From the NCBI GenBank assembly GCA_001816585.1, contig MHCJ01000006.1, forward strand, positions 40 to 64,039: 64,000 nucleotides of DNA, written 5' to 3'. Origin of the DNA: Candidatus Chisholmbacteria bacterium RIFCSPHIGHO2_01_FULL_52_32 (GTDB taxonomy: Bacteria > Patescibacteriota > Microgenomatia > UBA1400 > Chisholmbacteraceae). The position numbers were made by a program, and so were the translations under genes. Shown here in pieces: positions 18,291 to 28,254 of this stretch (position 1 is the stretch's first letter; every line of letters begins with the position of its first letter). A model generated the notes under the pieces. It made no database searches. It saw nothing but the letters and a program-made list of their open reading frames with translations, and was not told the DNA's origin.

Positions 18291-19316
18291 CTACAACAGA
18301 GTAACGATGTTGGAGAAGAACCGAGACAGGGAAAAACCGCTGATTTTGAAGAATTCAAAGAACACAAATAGGACATAGATTAACAAAAGCAAGACTCCTT
18401 CCCATCGCTCAAGCTGGTGCTTCGTGGAAGCAAGCATCCAAAACACCCCGAACACCACGACGAAGGCAACGGTCGCCAGAAGATACGGATGGAAACCCCC
18501 GTCAAGCACAATCGGATGGATGAGAGCAGTAATACCGAGAATGACGGTTGAATTAGCCACTACACTCCCCAGGAGATTCCCGTAGACCATCGCGGCTTGA
18601 TGATTTCTGACGGCTTCAACTTCAAAGGCAAATTCCGGCAATGTTGTCCCGATGGCTAAGAAAACGATGCCCATAAGAATAACAGGAATGCCTAACAACT
18701 CTGCAAGGTTGGTAGACGTCCGAACCAAAAGATCCCCGGAAAGCATGAGAATAAAAAGCCAAAAGACAAGCCAAACAAGATGCTTCCTGGTCCGCTTTTG
18801 GTTGAGCTTAAGAAGAATCCGATGCCAGAAAGGGCCCAAAGCATCCTGGTGTGATGCAAGATGCTCCGTCTTGCCGCGGAGGATCGTCATCGAATACCAA
18901 AGATAGACAACAAGTAAGATCAGCGCGTCGATTCGGGAGAGCGAGTTATCGACTAACAGAAGTAAAGGCAGGCTACCGGCCAGAAAAACCAGGAGCAGCT
19001 CGCGCCGTAAAAAATCGCCAACCACACGGATGGAGCCCCCCAGAACCGCCGCACCCCCCACGACCAATGAAATATTCGAAATGTTACTCCCCAACACGTT
19101 CCCCAGGGAAAGGGACGGTCTTCCCTCGATAGCAGAGGCAATACCGACCACAAGCTCCGGGAGGCTCGTTGCAAACGCCACGAGGAATGCCGTAAGTCCA
19201 AAAGCGCTTAGCTTGGTCATCTGTGAGAGTACCCGAAGTTCGGAAACAAGGTGGTCTGTCGCCCGAACAAGAAGGTAACCAAACAAAGCAATCAAAAGAA
19301 AATAAAGAAGAATCAC
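18291..19316 (-). CDS. Na+/Ca2+ exchanger family membrane protein
   Basis: Duplicated alpha repeats ATSLPEL...GNVLGSN and GTTLPEF...GNLLGS. Confidence 0.92.
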   Translation of the reverse strand: MILLYFLLIALFGYLLVRATDHLVSELRVLSQMTKLSAFGLTAFLVAFATSLPELVVGIASAIEGRPSLSLGNVLGSNISNISLVVGGAAVLGGSIRVVGDFLRRELLLVFLAGSLPLLLLVDNSLSRIDALILLVVYLWYSMTILRGKTEHLASHQDALGPFWHRILLKLNQKRTRKHLVWLVFWLFILMLSGDLLVRTSTNLAELLGIPVILMGIVFLAIGTTLPEFAFEVEAVRNHQAAMVYGNLLGSVVANSTVILGITALIHPIVLDGGFHPYLLATVAFVVVFGVFWMLASTKHQLERWEGVLLLLIYVLFVFFEFFKISGFSLSRFFSNIVTLL

Positions 19317-19329
19317 GATCCTCCATGAA

Positions 19330-21900
19330 TTACGTAATCCGCTCTGTCAAGGGAGTTGTAAGCCGCCTTTTTGAGAAAATCCATTTCGTACATTCAATAA
19401 TCACAATAACTATCAACGCCTCAAGGAAAACCCACAGCCATTCGAAAGGAGTGAGTGGCCTAGTCATCAGCAAACTCTGGAAAAACGGAATATAGAGCGC
19501 CGTGAGTTGGAAGAGGAACCCTCCGAGAACAGCAAGAAGAAGCCATGGGTTTGAGAAAAATTTGGTCTGCCAAATGGGCGATCGCAAAGAACGTGCAGAA
19601 AATACATAGATTAATGAGTTTGCTCCGAGCATCGAGAATGCAACAGTGCGGGCGGAATAAACATCTCCAGAGGTTCGCCAGAACCAGTAAAAAGCGATAA
19701 GCGTAACAACACCGGTAACTGCAGAAATGAGGAGGATGAGAAGCTTGATTTCCGAGTTGACCAACGGTTCACGCGGGTCTCTGGGCCTCTGCCGCATCAA
19801 ATCTCCTTCCCTCGGCTCGACGGTCAAAGCTAAGTTAGGAAAGCCATCACTGATAAGGTTTATCCAAAGAATCTGTGCCGCAGTCAAAGGCAAAGGGATT
19901 CGCAGAAGGAGTGATCCCATCACGAGCGTCACCTCTGAAAAGCTGTCGGAAAGAAGGTAAAGAATCACCTTCCGCAGATTCTCAAATATCCCTCTCCCCT
20001 CCTCGACCGCAGCGGCGATTGTCGAAAAGTTGTTGTCTAAAAGAACCATATCCGCGGTCTCCTTTGCCACGTCAGTTGCCCCGGAAACCACAATCCCCAC
20101 ATCGGCACGTTTGAGCGCAGGCGCATCGTTTACTCCGTCACCGGTCATCGCAACTACCTCCCCATTCGCCTGTAAGGCCTCAACGATTGAAAGTTTCTGC
20201 ACGGGATCAATACGAGAAAATAGGACGATATCCCGAACACGACCTCGAAGTTCGTCCAAAGACAGCGTTTCAAGCTCCGATCCCTCCATAACCAAAGGAA
20301 AACGCGCTCGAAGCTTGTCTTTTTGAGTAAGCAGTCCGAGCTGCTCTAAAACCGCCTCCGCCGTAGCCCGATGATCACCAGTGATGACTTTAACCGTAAT
20401 ACCGGCTTTCTTGGCCTCAGCAAACGCTTCGCTCACCCCTGCCCGTATCGGATCCTCATGAACAACAATACCAACCCAGGTTAAGCCGCTCCGGACACTC
20501 TTCTTCGTCAACTTCCGCTCTCCATCTTTTCTCGGACGGACGGCAAAACCAACGATCCTTAGACCCTTCAAGCCGTACTGTTCAAACTTACGCATCCACC
20601 GGTGTTTGGTCGATCCCGGCATGCTGCAGAAAGACAACACCACTTCCGGTGCACCCATCACAAACACACGCCCGTCATAGAGTTTCGCCGTAAATTTCTC
20701 CGTTGGCGAAAACGGAATGGCATCAACCCGCTCAGAAGCCTCAGCAATATGGGAAGGATCGACATTTTTCCGTTCTCGCACCCAATCCCAAATTGCAATT
20801 TCCAAAGGATCACGCTGGTCATTTGCCAAAACCGCAGCCTGAATCCCTACCTCCTCATCGACGAACTCAGCCTTCGTCACTCGCATCACGCCTTCGGTCA
20901 AAGTTCCGGTTTTATCGACACAAATGACGGTCACACTTCCCAAGGTTTCTGCTGCCATGAGCTTTCGAACCAAGGCCTTACGTCGTAAGATCCGTTGCAT
21001 CCCGATTGCAAGGATGGCCGTCAGAGAAACAGCCATTCCTTCAGGAATCGCTGCAACGGCAATTGCAACAGAAGTGGTAAATATGGAAAGGAAAGATTCG
21101 CCGACCAGGAGACCGGTCGCAAAGATCACAAAAGCGGTAATCCCGACAAAGACAGCCAGTTGATTGGAAAAGCGATCAATGCGTTTCTGAAGCGGAGTTG
21201 GCTCCTGAACCGTTTCCTCCAAAGACCGAGCAATCTTTCCGACCTCCGTTTTGTTACCGGTAACCACAACCAAGATTGTTGCCGTTCCGGAAGAAACAAT
21301 GGTTCCGGCAAAAACCCTCTCCTCACGCACCAACCCCTTCCACCGCTCCTGCAAATCCTCCACATCCTCCCCATCAAAATCTTTCAACCGCGTTCTCCTC
21401 TTTAAAACAGGCACCGATTCCCCCGTGAGGATCGCCTCCGTAACGGTAAAGTCATCCTCTTCGGCAACAACGCCGTCTGCAGGAATCCGATCGCCCAGCC
21501 CGACAAAACAAATATCCCCCGGGACGATGTCGGGAGCTTCAACCGTCTGCCGTCTTCCCTCTCGTATCACGATCGCTTTCGGGGTCAGGATCGCACGCAG
21601 AGCAGCGAGTGCCCGTTGAGCCTTCCGTTCCTGATAGAACCCGAGGATTGTATTCACCCCGACCGCAAGGCTTATCACCCCGGTATCCACGAAATCACCA
21701 AGAAGAGAAGTAATAAACGCGGCAAAAATGAGGATGTAGATGAGCGGAGAACGGAACTGTGACCAAAGCAGGGTAAGTTCCCCGACCTCCTTGTGGTGGT
21801 CGATCATGTTAGGACCAAACCGACTCAGACGCTGGCGAACCTCAACTTCCCGCAGTCCCTGTTTGAAAAACAGCCCGAAGCCTTTCTTATCCTTCACCAT
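19330..21900 (-). CDS. Cation-transporting P-type ATPase (type IIA-like)
   Basis: LTGES, IPEG, DKTGTLT, TGDGVNDAPALK. Confidence 0.95.
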   Translation of the reverse strand: MVKDKKGFGLFFKQGLREVEVRQRLSRFGPNMIDHHKEVGELTLLWSQFRSPLIYILIFAAFITSLLGDFVDTGVISLAVGVNTILGFYQERKAQRALAALRAILTPKAIVIREGRRQTVEAPDIVPGDICFVGLGDRIPADGVVAEEDDFTVTEAILTGESVPVLKRRTRLKDFDGEDVEDLQERWKGLVREERVFAGTIVSSGTATILVVVTGNKTEVGKIARSLEETVQEPTPLQKRIDRFSNQLAVFVGITAFVIFATGLLVGESFLSIFTTSVAIAVAAIPEGMAVSLTAILAIGMQRILRRKALVRKLMAAETLGSVTVICVDKTGTLTEGVMRVTKAEFVDEEVGIQAAVLANDQRDPLEIAIWDWVRERKNVDPSHIAEASERVDAIPFSPTEKFTAKLYDGRVFVMGAPEVVLSFCSMPGSTKHRWMRKFEQYGLKGLRIVGFAVRPRKDGERKLTKKSVRSGLTWVGIVVHEDPIRAGVSEAFAEAKKAGITVKVITGDHRATAEAVLEQLGLLTQKDKLRARFPLVMEGSELETLSLDELRGRVRDIVLFSRIDPVQKLSIVEALQANGEVVAMTGDGVNDAPALKRADVGIVVSGATDVAKETADMVLLDNNFSTIAAAVEEGRGIFENLRKVILYLLSDSFSEVTLVMGSLLLRIPLPLTAAQILWINLISDGFPNLALTVEPREGDLMRQRPRDPREPLVNSEIKLLILLISAVTGVVTLIAFYWFWRTSGDVYSARTVAFSMLGANSLIYVFSARSLRSPIWQTKFFSNPWLLLAVLGGFLFQLTALYIPFFQSLLMTRPLTPFEWLWVFLEALIVIVIIECTKWIFSKRRLTTPLTERIT

Positions 21901-21964
21901 AATTCTCCCCGCCCACTTCTCTCTTTTCTATTCATTACGAATCTCACACCTACAAACTTCCAAA

Positions 21965-22100
21965 GGAGAGCGCGGAACAAATTTCGCAGGTCGCATCGGC
22001 CAGTCCGCCAGCTGGCGGACTGGCTAGCATCCCGAACACGAAAAGCCGACCAAAACCGAACCTTGTGCGACCAAGAAATTTCCGTTAAACGATCTCCGCA
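21965..22100. repeat. ~135-bp palindromic repeat, copy 1
   Basis: ggagagcgcggaacaaatttcgc...ccagtccgccagctggcggactgg...gcgaccaagaaatttccgtt...tctccgca; second copy at 63543. Confidence 0.85.
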
Positions 22101-22113
22101 AACACCCCAATCC

Positions 22114-23880
22114 CTACTTGCCCTGCAACTGGTAAAGCGTGCTCACTTCTGCCATTGTCGTTGCCTGCCCGGGACCTTTATCATCGCGGAAGCGTACGAG
22201 CCTTGGAAACCGCAAAGCGAGCCCGGCGGAGTGTACCGGAGAGCGAGTGATGTTATCAGCCGCAATCTCAACCACAAGTGAAGGACGGGTCCAAATATCT
22301 GGCGCAAGAGTCTTCCCGATGTCTCCGTACTCCTTCGGCTTATCCGAAACAGCCAAACGATCAGCCCGAAGCCTCAGCTCTTTCCATTGTTCATCCGAAA
22401 GTCCGGTACCGATTTTGGAAATGGTGACAAAGTGCCCGCCTTTCGGAATCCCAACCAAAAAACCTCCGATGCCAAAACTCGCCCTTTTCCCCCGACCGCG
22501 ATAATAGCCCATCACGACGCAATCTAACGTATCGGAAAGCCCGGCAGTTCTCTCCTCAGCTTCCTTGTACTTCACCCAACTCCACCCACGTCTGCCCGGA
22601 GAGTATGGGGCGTTCCACTTTTTAACCACCGCTCCTTCTAGCCCCGCCGTAAGTTGCTTGGCATGAAACTGACGAAGCACGTTCGGATCTTCGGTCACGA
22701 TGCGCTCGGTCTTCATTAACACTTTCCCTCCAGCAAGAGTCTGCTCAAGAAGGGCGGCCCGATTGGAAAGAGGCAGATGAAGGAGGCTCCTTCCGTCCTT
22801 ATAAAGAATGTCAAAAACGAAAAACCGCAAAGGGACTTTCGCTGCTGCTTCGAGAATCGCGTGCTTCCGCTTTCTGGTGATGATCTCTTGAAACGGGAGA
22901 ATTTTACCGGAAGAAGTATCATACGAAACGGCCTCACTATCCAAAATAACTTCACGGGCAGACAGATCAGCGGTAATCCTCCCAAGCTCCGGAAACATAA
23001 ACGACACTTCCTCCAAATTCCGCGTAAACGCCCTCAAGAACACTCCCTTCGCTTTGCCCTTTGCGCTTTGCCCTTTGCGCTTTGCCCAGTGTATCTGCAC
23101 CCGCTGTCCGTCGTATTTTGGTTCCACCGCCACCCTGCCCATTTTCGCAATCATTTCTTGAGGAGATTTTAGCCGCTGGCAGAGTGCCGGCATAACGGGA
23201 ACACCGAGCTTCGCCGCAATACCCGAAAGGCCTGAAACGCCCTTTTTCTTAAAAAGCGCCGCAATCGCTCCGATATCAGCCCGCACGAAATAGGCCTGCT
23301 CAAGCCGCGGCCGCAAAGTTTTCGTTCCCGTCTTCATCCACGAAAGCGCGTCCAAAATAGTCACATCCGAAAACCCCAGTCGAAGTCGACCCAACACCAT
23401 CCGGACAACATATTTGCAGCTTACTGAATCGAGTTCATGAAGAAGCAAAACAAGTCCTTCTATCTTCCGCTGTTGACTCCCCTCCCCGTTTTCTTCCGCA
23501 ATCTTCCGCAATCTCCCATAGACCTCTAACATGGACAGTTTTGAGCTTCGAGTTGTAGCTATAACTTTTAACTTTTCACTTTTAACTTTTAACTTTTCTG
23601 CCACTTCCCCCAAATCCCCGACCTCCTTATACGTTTCCCTGACCCGATCTTCAGAAACGTTAAAAGCCTGCCCGATCACCCGAATGATCATCTTTTCTGC
23701 CAGCTGAAATTCTAATGGCTCGTAAAGCGGCGCCAATCTTCCCAAGGAAAGATAACAGAGAATAGCAATTTCCGTACTGGAAGCAGAGGAAAATAAATCA
23801 GCCAGAACCTCAGTGATTGCAAGTCGTGAGGTTATCCCTTCGAGTTTGGCAAAAAAGGAAGACAGTGTTGCAAAAGTCAT
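22114..23880 (-). CDS. ATP-dependent DNA ligase
   Basis: EPKYDGQRVQIH, VFDILY, LEGAVVK, WVKYK, LALRFPR. Confidence 0.95.
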   Translation of the reverse strand: MTFATLSSFFAKLEGITSRLAITEVLADLFSSASSTEIAILCYLSLGRLAPLYEPLEFQLAEKMIIRVIGQAFNVSEDRVRETYKEVGDLGEVAEKLKVKSEKLKVIATTRSSKLSMLEVYGRLRKIAEENGEGSQQRKIEGLVLLLHELDSVSCKYVVRMVLGRLRLGFSDVTILDALSWMKTGTKTLRPRLEQAYFVRADIGAIAALFKKKGVSGLSGIAAKLGVPVMPALCQRLKSPQEMIAKMGRVAVEPKYDGQRVQIHWAKRKGQSAKGKAKGVFLRAFTRNLEEVSFMFPELGRITADLSAREVILDSEAVSYDTSSGKILPFQEIITRKRKHAILEAAAKVPLRFFVFDILYKDGRSLLHLPLSNRAALLEQTLAGGKVLMKTERIVTEDPNVLRQFHAKQLTAGLEGAVVKKWNAPYSPGRRGWSWVKYKEAEERTAGLSDTLDCVVMGYYRGRGKRASFGIGGFLVGIPKGGHFVTISKIGTGLSDEQWKELRLRADRLAVSDKPKEYGDIGKTLAPDIWTRPSLVVEIAADNITRSPVHSAGLALRFPRLVRFRDDKGPGQATTMAEVSTLYQLQGK

Positions 23881-23922
23881 GACCCTAAACCCTCTACCCT
23901 AAACCCTCTACCCTCATTCAAT

Positions 23923-24114
23923 TTAAATCTGCCGCAAAACGATATACGCGAGAATAACAACAACGATAAACAGGGACCCAAATATCAAGCTTAACCATCC
24001 TCCTAAATCACTCTTAACAAGTTTGTGCAAGCCCTCCCCGATAAGGGTAAACCCAAACAGGCTTGGAATAATAAGGACCATATAAAGTAACTGAGGATCA
24101 GAAAAATCAATCAT
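23923..24114 (-). CDS. Small two-TM membrane protein
   Basis: Hydrophobic 63-aa ORF with a GGAGG SD, between the fic and ligase genes. Confidence 0.75.
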   Translation of the reverse strand: MIDFSDPQLLYMVLIIPSLFGFTLIGEGLHKLVKSDLGGWLSLIFGSLFIVVVILAYIVLRQI

Positions 24115-24144
24115 CCGCCTCCGCTGTTTATGGACGCCTTCGTG

Positions 24145-25242
24145 CTACGCTGCCAACACGTAGAACGAACCCTTCGTTACCCCACGCCTTTTAATGACTC
24201 TTTTTCGAATGAGATCGTTAAAATCACGAATGAGGGTATCTCTCGAAACCTTCGGCAAAAGCCGGCGAGCGATCCCTACGGTTAACCGTCCTTCGTTGGC
24301 TTGCATCGCTTCCAAAAGGGCAATTTGGCGCTCGGAAAGCGCCACCTGCCTTCCCCCAAGCTCTCCCTTTAAACGCAAGTCCTGCGAAAGCTTGAGAACC
24401 TGAGTTTTTACGCGCGAAAGCTCTGCGGCCAACCCCAGTGTGAAGTATTCAAGCCAAGGGGTCAAGTCATACCCCCCGCGTGCGACGTGCTGCAAAGCGG
24501 TGTAGTATTCACTGCTTTGGCGATCAAAATATTCCTCAATCGAAAAAAACCGCTTGACATCGTAGCCTTCTCGCAAAAGAACCAAAAGAGCAAAGGCACG
24601 CGCCGTACGACCGTTACCATCGGTGAATGGATGAATCCGCACGAGTTCATAATGAACCACGCCTGCCTTAAGAACCGCATGGTGTCCCTTTGTTTCCGCG
24701 CTATTGAGCCAGGAAAAAAGGTCCGCCATCTGATACGGGACTTCCACGGCCGGGGGTGGTCGAAAGGTTACCGCGAGCGTTGCAGCATCCTTCACCACCA
24801 CCTGAACCGTACGGTACGCCCCCCCTACTTCGGGCGGAAGAATCCGATCAACGGTCGTCGCATGGATCTTCTTAAGGATAGCTTCCGTGTATGTAGTAAA
24901 AGAAGTATCCTCTGAGATCGAGTCAAGATAACCCATCACATTTCGATAATTAATGACTTCTTGGATATCACGGTCGCGTGCCACGATCTCTGCTTTTGAG
25001 GCAGCCATCCAAGGCTCGTCTACCGGAGAGTACACGGCAACCAAACGTTCTGCCTCCGCCCGCGACAATGGATTTCCTTCAAGATGCGTTCCGTGGTGAA
25101 CTGTTCTAACCAGTGCATCGGTGCGGAATCTTGCTTCCCATGCCGGAACCAATGCAGCGTTCTCAATGACTTCCCTCGCCGCCTCGATGTGTCCGATGTT
25201 GGAAAGAATCGCCGTTGTTATGGTATAGTTTGGGGAGAACAT
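24145..25242 (-). CDS. Fic family protein with C-terminal wHTH
   Basis: HPFTDGNGRTAR; start chosen at MFSPNY. Confidence 0.93.
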   Translation of the reverse strand: MFSPNYTITTAILSNIGHIEAAREVIENAALVPAWEARFRTDALVRTVHHGTHLEGNPLSRAEAERLVAVYSPVDEPWMAASKAEIVARDRDIQEVINYRNVMGYLDSISEDTSFTTYTEAILKKIHATTVDRILPPEVGGAYRTVQVVVKDAATLAVTFRPPPAVEVPYQMADLFSWLNSAETKGHHAVLKAGVVHYELVRIHPFTDGNGRTARAFALLVLLREGYDVKRFFSIEEYFDRQSSEYYTALQHVARGGYDLTPWLEYFTLGLAAELSRVKTQVLKLSQDLRLKGELGGRQVALSERQIALLEAMQANEGRLTVGIARRLLPKVSRDTLIRDFNDLIRKRVIKRRGVTKGSFYVLAA

Positions 25243-25307
25243 CGCCGTAATTGTTGCATATACTGCATCAATTGACAATACCAAGAAAAGCTCCGGGATC
25301 ACAACCC

Positions 25308-25607
25308 ATGGCAATAAACCAAAAATTCACTCGCGACACTAAAAATCTCCCCCAAGAAATCGTGAAGCAGATGTTAACGCTCGCAACTTCTGGATTTGGC
25401 CTCGTTGCAGCGTTAGCATGGAACGAATTCATCAAAGAGGCGATACAAGTCTACATCAAGCCCTACGTCCCGAAAGGATCAACGGTTGTGTCGCTTTTTA
25501 TCTACGCCATGATTGTAACAAGCCTTGCTGTTATGGTGACACTTCAATTAACTAAATTAAAAGCAAGACTTGAACGGGATGAAGGCTTGACGAAAAAGAA
25601 AGTCTAA
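25308..25607 (+). CDS. DUF5654-type small membrane protein
   Basis: LATSGFGLVAALAWNE motif. Confidence 0.8.
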   Translation: MAINQKFTRDTKNLPQEIVKQMLTLATSGFGLVAALAWNEFIKEAIQVYIKPYVPKGSTVVSLFIYAMIVTSLAVMVTLQLTKLKARLERDEGLTKKKV

Positions 25608-25635
25608 ACTTGGGCAGACGTTACCGATGCCGTCT

Positions 25636-26208
25636 TCAGGAAAGCGGAACTTCTGAAATCTTTTGGTATTCCGATCCTTGAGGATGAAGAATGCTTTGAT
25701 AGATAACCACCCGATCGATCAAAGAAAGTTCGGAGAACGCACCAACATCAAGCTTCTGAAGTTGTCTTCCAAGTTCCTTCTGGGCTCGAAACCGAACATC
25801 CGTCTGCATCCTCCCAATCGTCAAGTGGGGCGCCCAACCCCGTTTTTCATCGGGAAATCCTCTACTTACTAACGCTCCTGCAACTTGTCTCCGCAATCGA
25901 ACCAACTCCTGCTGATCCCCCTTAATACCCAACCAAACAACCCGAGGCTTAAGGTAATCCGGAAACACTCCAAGATAACCCAAGCGAATCGAAAAGGGCA
26001 CAATACTCTTCGCCCCCTCCGTAACCGCCTCAACAACCCGCGAAACCATGTCTTCTTCAGTCCACCCCACAAAGAAAAGCGTAAGATGAAGTTTTTCCGG
26101 TTTCTCCCATCGAACCAACCACCGCTTTGAGGAGAGCTTCTGAATCAAACGTTCAAGCTCCCTCCTCGCTCTCTCGCCCAAATCAACCGCCACAAACACT
26201 CGAATCAT
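25636..26208 (-). CDS. thpR: RNA 2',3'-cyclic phosphodiesterase (2H family)
   Basis: RVFVAV, LHLTL and PHLTIGR 2H motifs. Confidence 0.92.
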   Translation of the reverse strand: MIRVFVAVDLGERARRELERLIQKLSSKRWLVRWEKPEKLHLTLFFVGWTEEDMVSRVVEAVTEGAKSIVPFSIRLGYLGVFPDYLKPRVVWLGIKGDQQELVRLRRQVAGALVSRGFPDEKRGWAPHLTIGRMQTDVRFRAQKELGRQLQKLDVGAFSELSLIDRVVIYQSILHPQGSEYQKISEVPLS

Positions 26209-26211
26209 AAA

Positions 26212-27147
26212 TCAATACGCCAACACTTCCTTCATCACCGCTGGAACTTCCGCCACTAAATCACCCGCATTAAAGTACGGTCCGACACGCCGAAACAACC
26301 GATCCCCCGCTTGCTTGTTGATAAAGCTCCCCGCCTTCGCCGCCAAAAACGCCTCGTCCTTACAATACAGCGCACCGACCAGTCCCGCCAACACATCTCC
26401 CGTTCCTCCTTTCGTCATCCCCTCATTCCCCCCTTCCACTACCACACACTCCTCTCCCCAACAAATAATATCTTTTTTCCCCTTCAACAACACCGTCACT
26501 CCCCCAAGATATTTGGAAACCTCCCCAACCAAATGGGCCAACTGTCCATCGTTAATTTTTAATTTTGAACTGTAATTTTGCTTGCCCTGAGCGAACTTGT
26601 CCTGAGCCTCGTCGAAGGAGTCGAAGGGAACTTTAAATATTAAACTTTTAATTTTACTCAGCAGTCTCCGAAACTCTCCCCCATGCGGCGTAACGATCAT
26701 GTTATCATTGAAAAGTCCCGGATCAACTTCCTGCAATGCCCCTCCGTCAATCACCCACCGCTTACCGGGAAACTTCTGCAAAAGCCCGTTTACGATCTCC
26801 TCCGTAGGTTGCTCCCCTACCTCCAATCCCTCCCTTCGCGGCATCCCCGGCCCGATCACCACACAATCATCTTCCAAAATATATTCTTCAACCCTCTCCC
26901 ACGGCACCACAATCCCGTTCCAAAACTTCTCCTTCGTTCTCTTCCGCACAAGGTCATTATTTTCCATTGCCGGCGAAGAGAAATGAACCAAGTCAACAAT
27001 CCGACTTGCCACATCCGCGGTCCAAAAGATCGAAGAATGAAAAAGCTTGCTCCCTCCGATAACCAGAAGCCTCCCATTCTGACCCTTATGGGAATCTGCT
27101 GGAGGACGGTAAAGTCCCTGAAGATCTGCTGGTCCAATAGTTTTCAT
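26212..27147 (-). CDS. nnrD: NAD(P)H-hydrate dehydratase (YjeF C-terminal domain) with a repeat-derived insertion
   Basis: SHKGQNGRLLVIGGS, VIGPG, VTPHGGEF, KGGTGDVLAG. Confidence 0.9.
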   Translation of the reverse strand: MKTIGPADLQGLYRPPADSHKGQNGRLLVIGGSKLFHSSIFWTADVASRIVDLVHFSSPAMENNDLVRKRTKEKFWNGIVVPWERVEEYILEDDCVVIGPGMPRREGLEVGEQPTEEIVNGLLQKFPGKRWVIDGGALQEVDPGLFNDNMIVTPHGGEFRRLLSKIKSLIFKVPFDSFDEAQDKFAQGKQNYSSKLKINDGQLAHLVGEVSKYLGGVTVLLKGKKDIICWGEECVVVEGGNEGMTKGGTGDVLAGLVGALYCKDEAFLAAKAGSFINKQAGDRLFRRVGPYFNAGDLVAEVPAVMKEVLAY

Positions 27148-27225
27148 GACAACTTCAAAAAAACCGCTTCTCCCCCCATTATACCCCAAGGCCATTCTCT
27201 GGCCGCCTTTGGTATAATTCACGCC

Positions 27226-28254
27226 ATGCATCGCCAAGAAGCGCCGGAAACATCATTCTCACCCCTTGAGGCGTTTAGCGACACCCTCTCCCGCTATGCG
27301 CAACTCATTGGTCACACCGACCCGCTTTCCCCTTCCGAGGCAGCAACTCTCATCGCAAAACATTCGGGAACGTCAAGCTTGCCAGAAAAAACCACGGTCT
27401 CGAATAATATGAAACATCTCCTCCACGTTCTTCATGAGGAGGATGCGCAGATTCCCCCGGATGTTGTCATGTTCGCGCTTGACAGAGAAATGGACAAAGC
27501 AGAAATGCGAAGTCGCTTCGGATGGAAAGAAGTCACACTCCCCCAAGCCGCACGGGTTCTGGCAGTTCTTGGCGAACCGGTTGATCCGGGTCCTGCCTCC
27601 CAAATGGAAGCCAGACTGAAAGCGGCGTACCCTACCATATCCCAGTTGTTTCGCAGAAAGGCAAATAACACGGAACCGTCCATCCCGGCTCGATTCTTTC
27701 TCGAATTATTCGCGACCATTCTTCCGGACGAACAAGAACGAGCCCTCGTTGAGGCTGGGATAAGAAAATACGGTTTTAGCCCAACAGAATATGCCTGCCT
27801 CTACCTTACCGCTCGAGGAAAAACGAATGAAGAAATCACTGAAATCCTAGAATTCAAGTGGCAAAACGTAAAAAATCATGAACACAACCTGCTTGAAAAA
27901 ATTTGGGAAACAGGAAACACCGCCGTATACGACAGAACTCAACTCAGCCAGGTCGCCGTCCAAGAAGGCCTCGTCCCGTATTCCCTGCTGGTCAATTTGC
28001 CTGAGGCCGGAAAAACCGGAAATCTTGGGTTGCTCTCACCCAGAGAAGCAGAAGTGCTCCAGTTCATCACCATCGGTTTAGCCAACAAACAAATCGCTCA
28101 ACAATTGGTAATCTCGTCCCAAACCGTTAAAAATCATGTCACTGCAATCCTCGACAAACTCGAATGCCAAAACCGCACCGCCGCATCGCTTATCTGGCAC
28201 ATCGCCGCGCGTACCGGGCAACCAGAATTGAGGAAAAACAATGGAAGACCCTAG
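27226..28254 (+). CDS. Protein with tandem C-terminal LuxR-type HTH domains
   Basis: FSPTEY...GKTNEEI...NVKNH and LSPREAEVL...GLANKQIA...TVKNHV; ATG 27226 follows TATAAT by 7 nt. Confidence 0.85.
   Translation: MHRQEAPETSFSPLEAFSDTLSRYAQLIGHTDPLSPSEAATLIAKHSGTSSLPEKTTVSNNMKHLLHVLHEEDAQIPPDVVMFALDREMDKAEMRSRFGWKEVTLPQAARVLAVLGEPVDPGPASQMEARLKAAYPTISQLFRRKANNTEPSIPARFFLELFATILPDEQERALVEAGIRKYGFSPTEYACLYLTARGKTNEEITEILEFKWQNVKNHEHNLLEKIWETGNTAVYDRTQLSQVAVQEGLVPYSLLVNLPEAGKTGNLGLLSPREAEVLQFITIGLANKQIAQQLVISSQTVKNHVTAILDKLECQNRTAASLIWHIAARTGQPELRKNNGRP

Noticed and set aside
26683-27225. N-terminal 181 aa of the 523-aa + strand ORF
   Set aside because: Antisense overlap with nnrD; the real start is more likely ATG 27226 after TATAAT.
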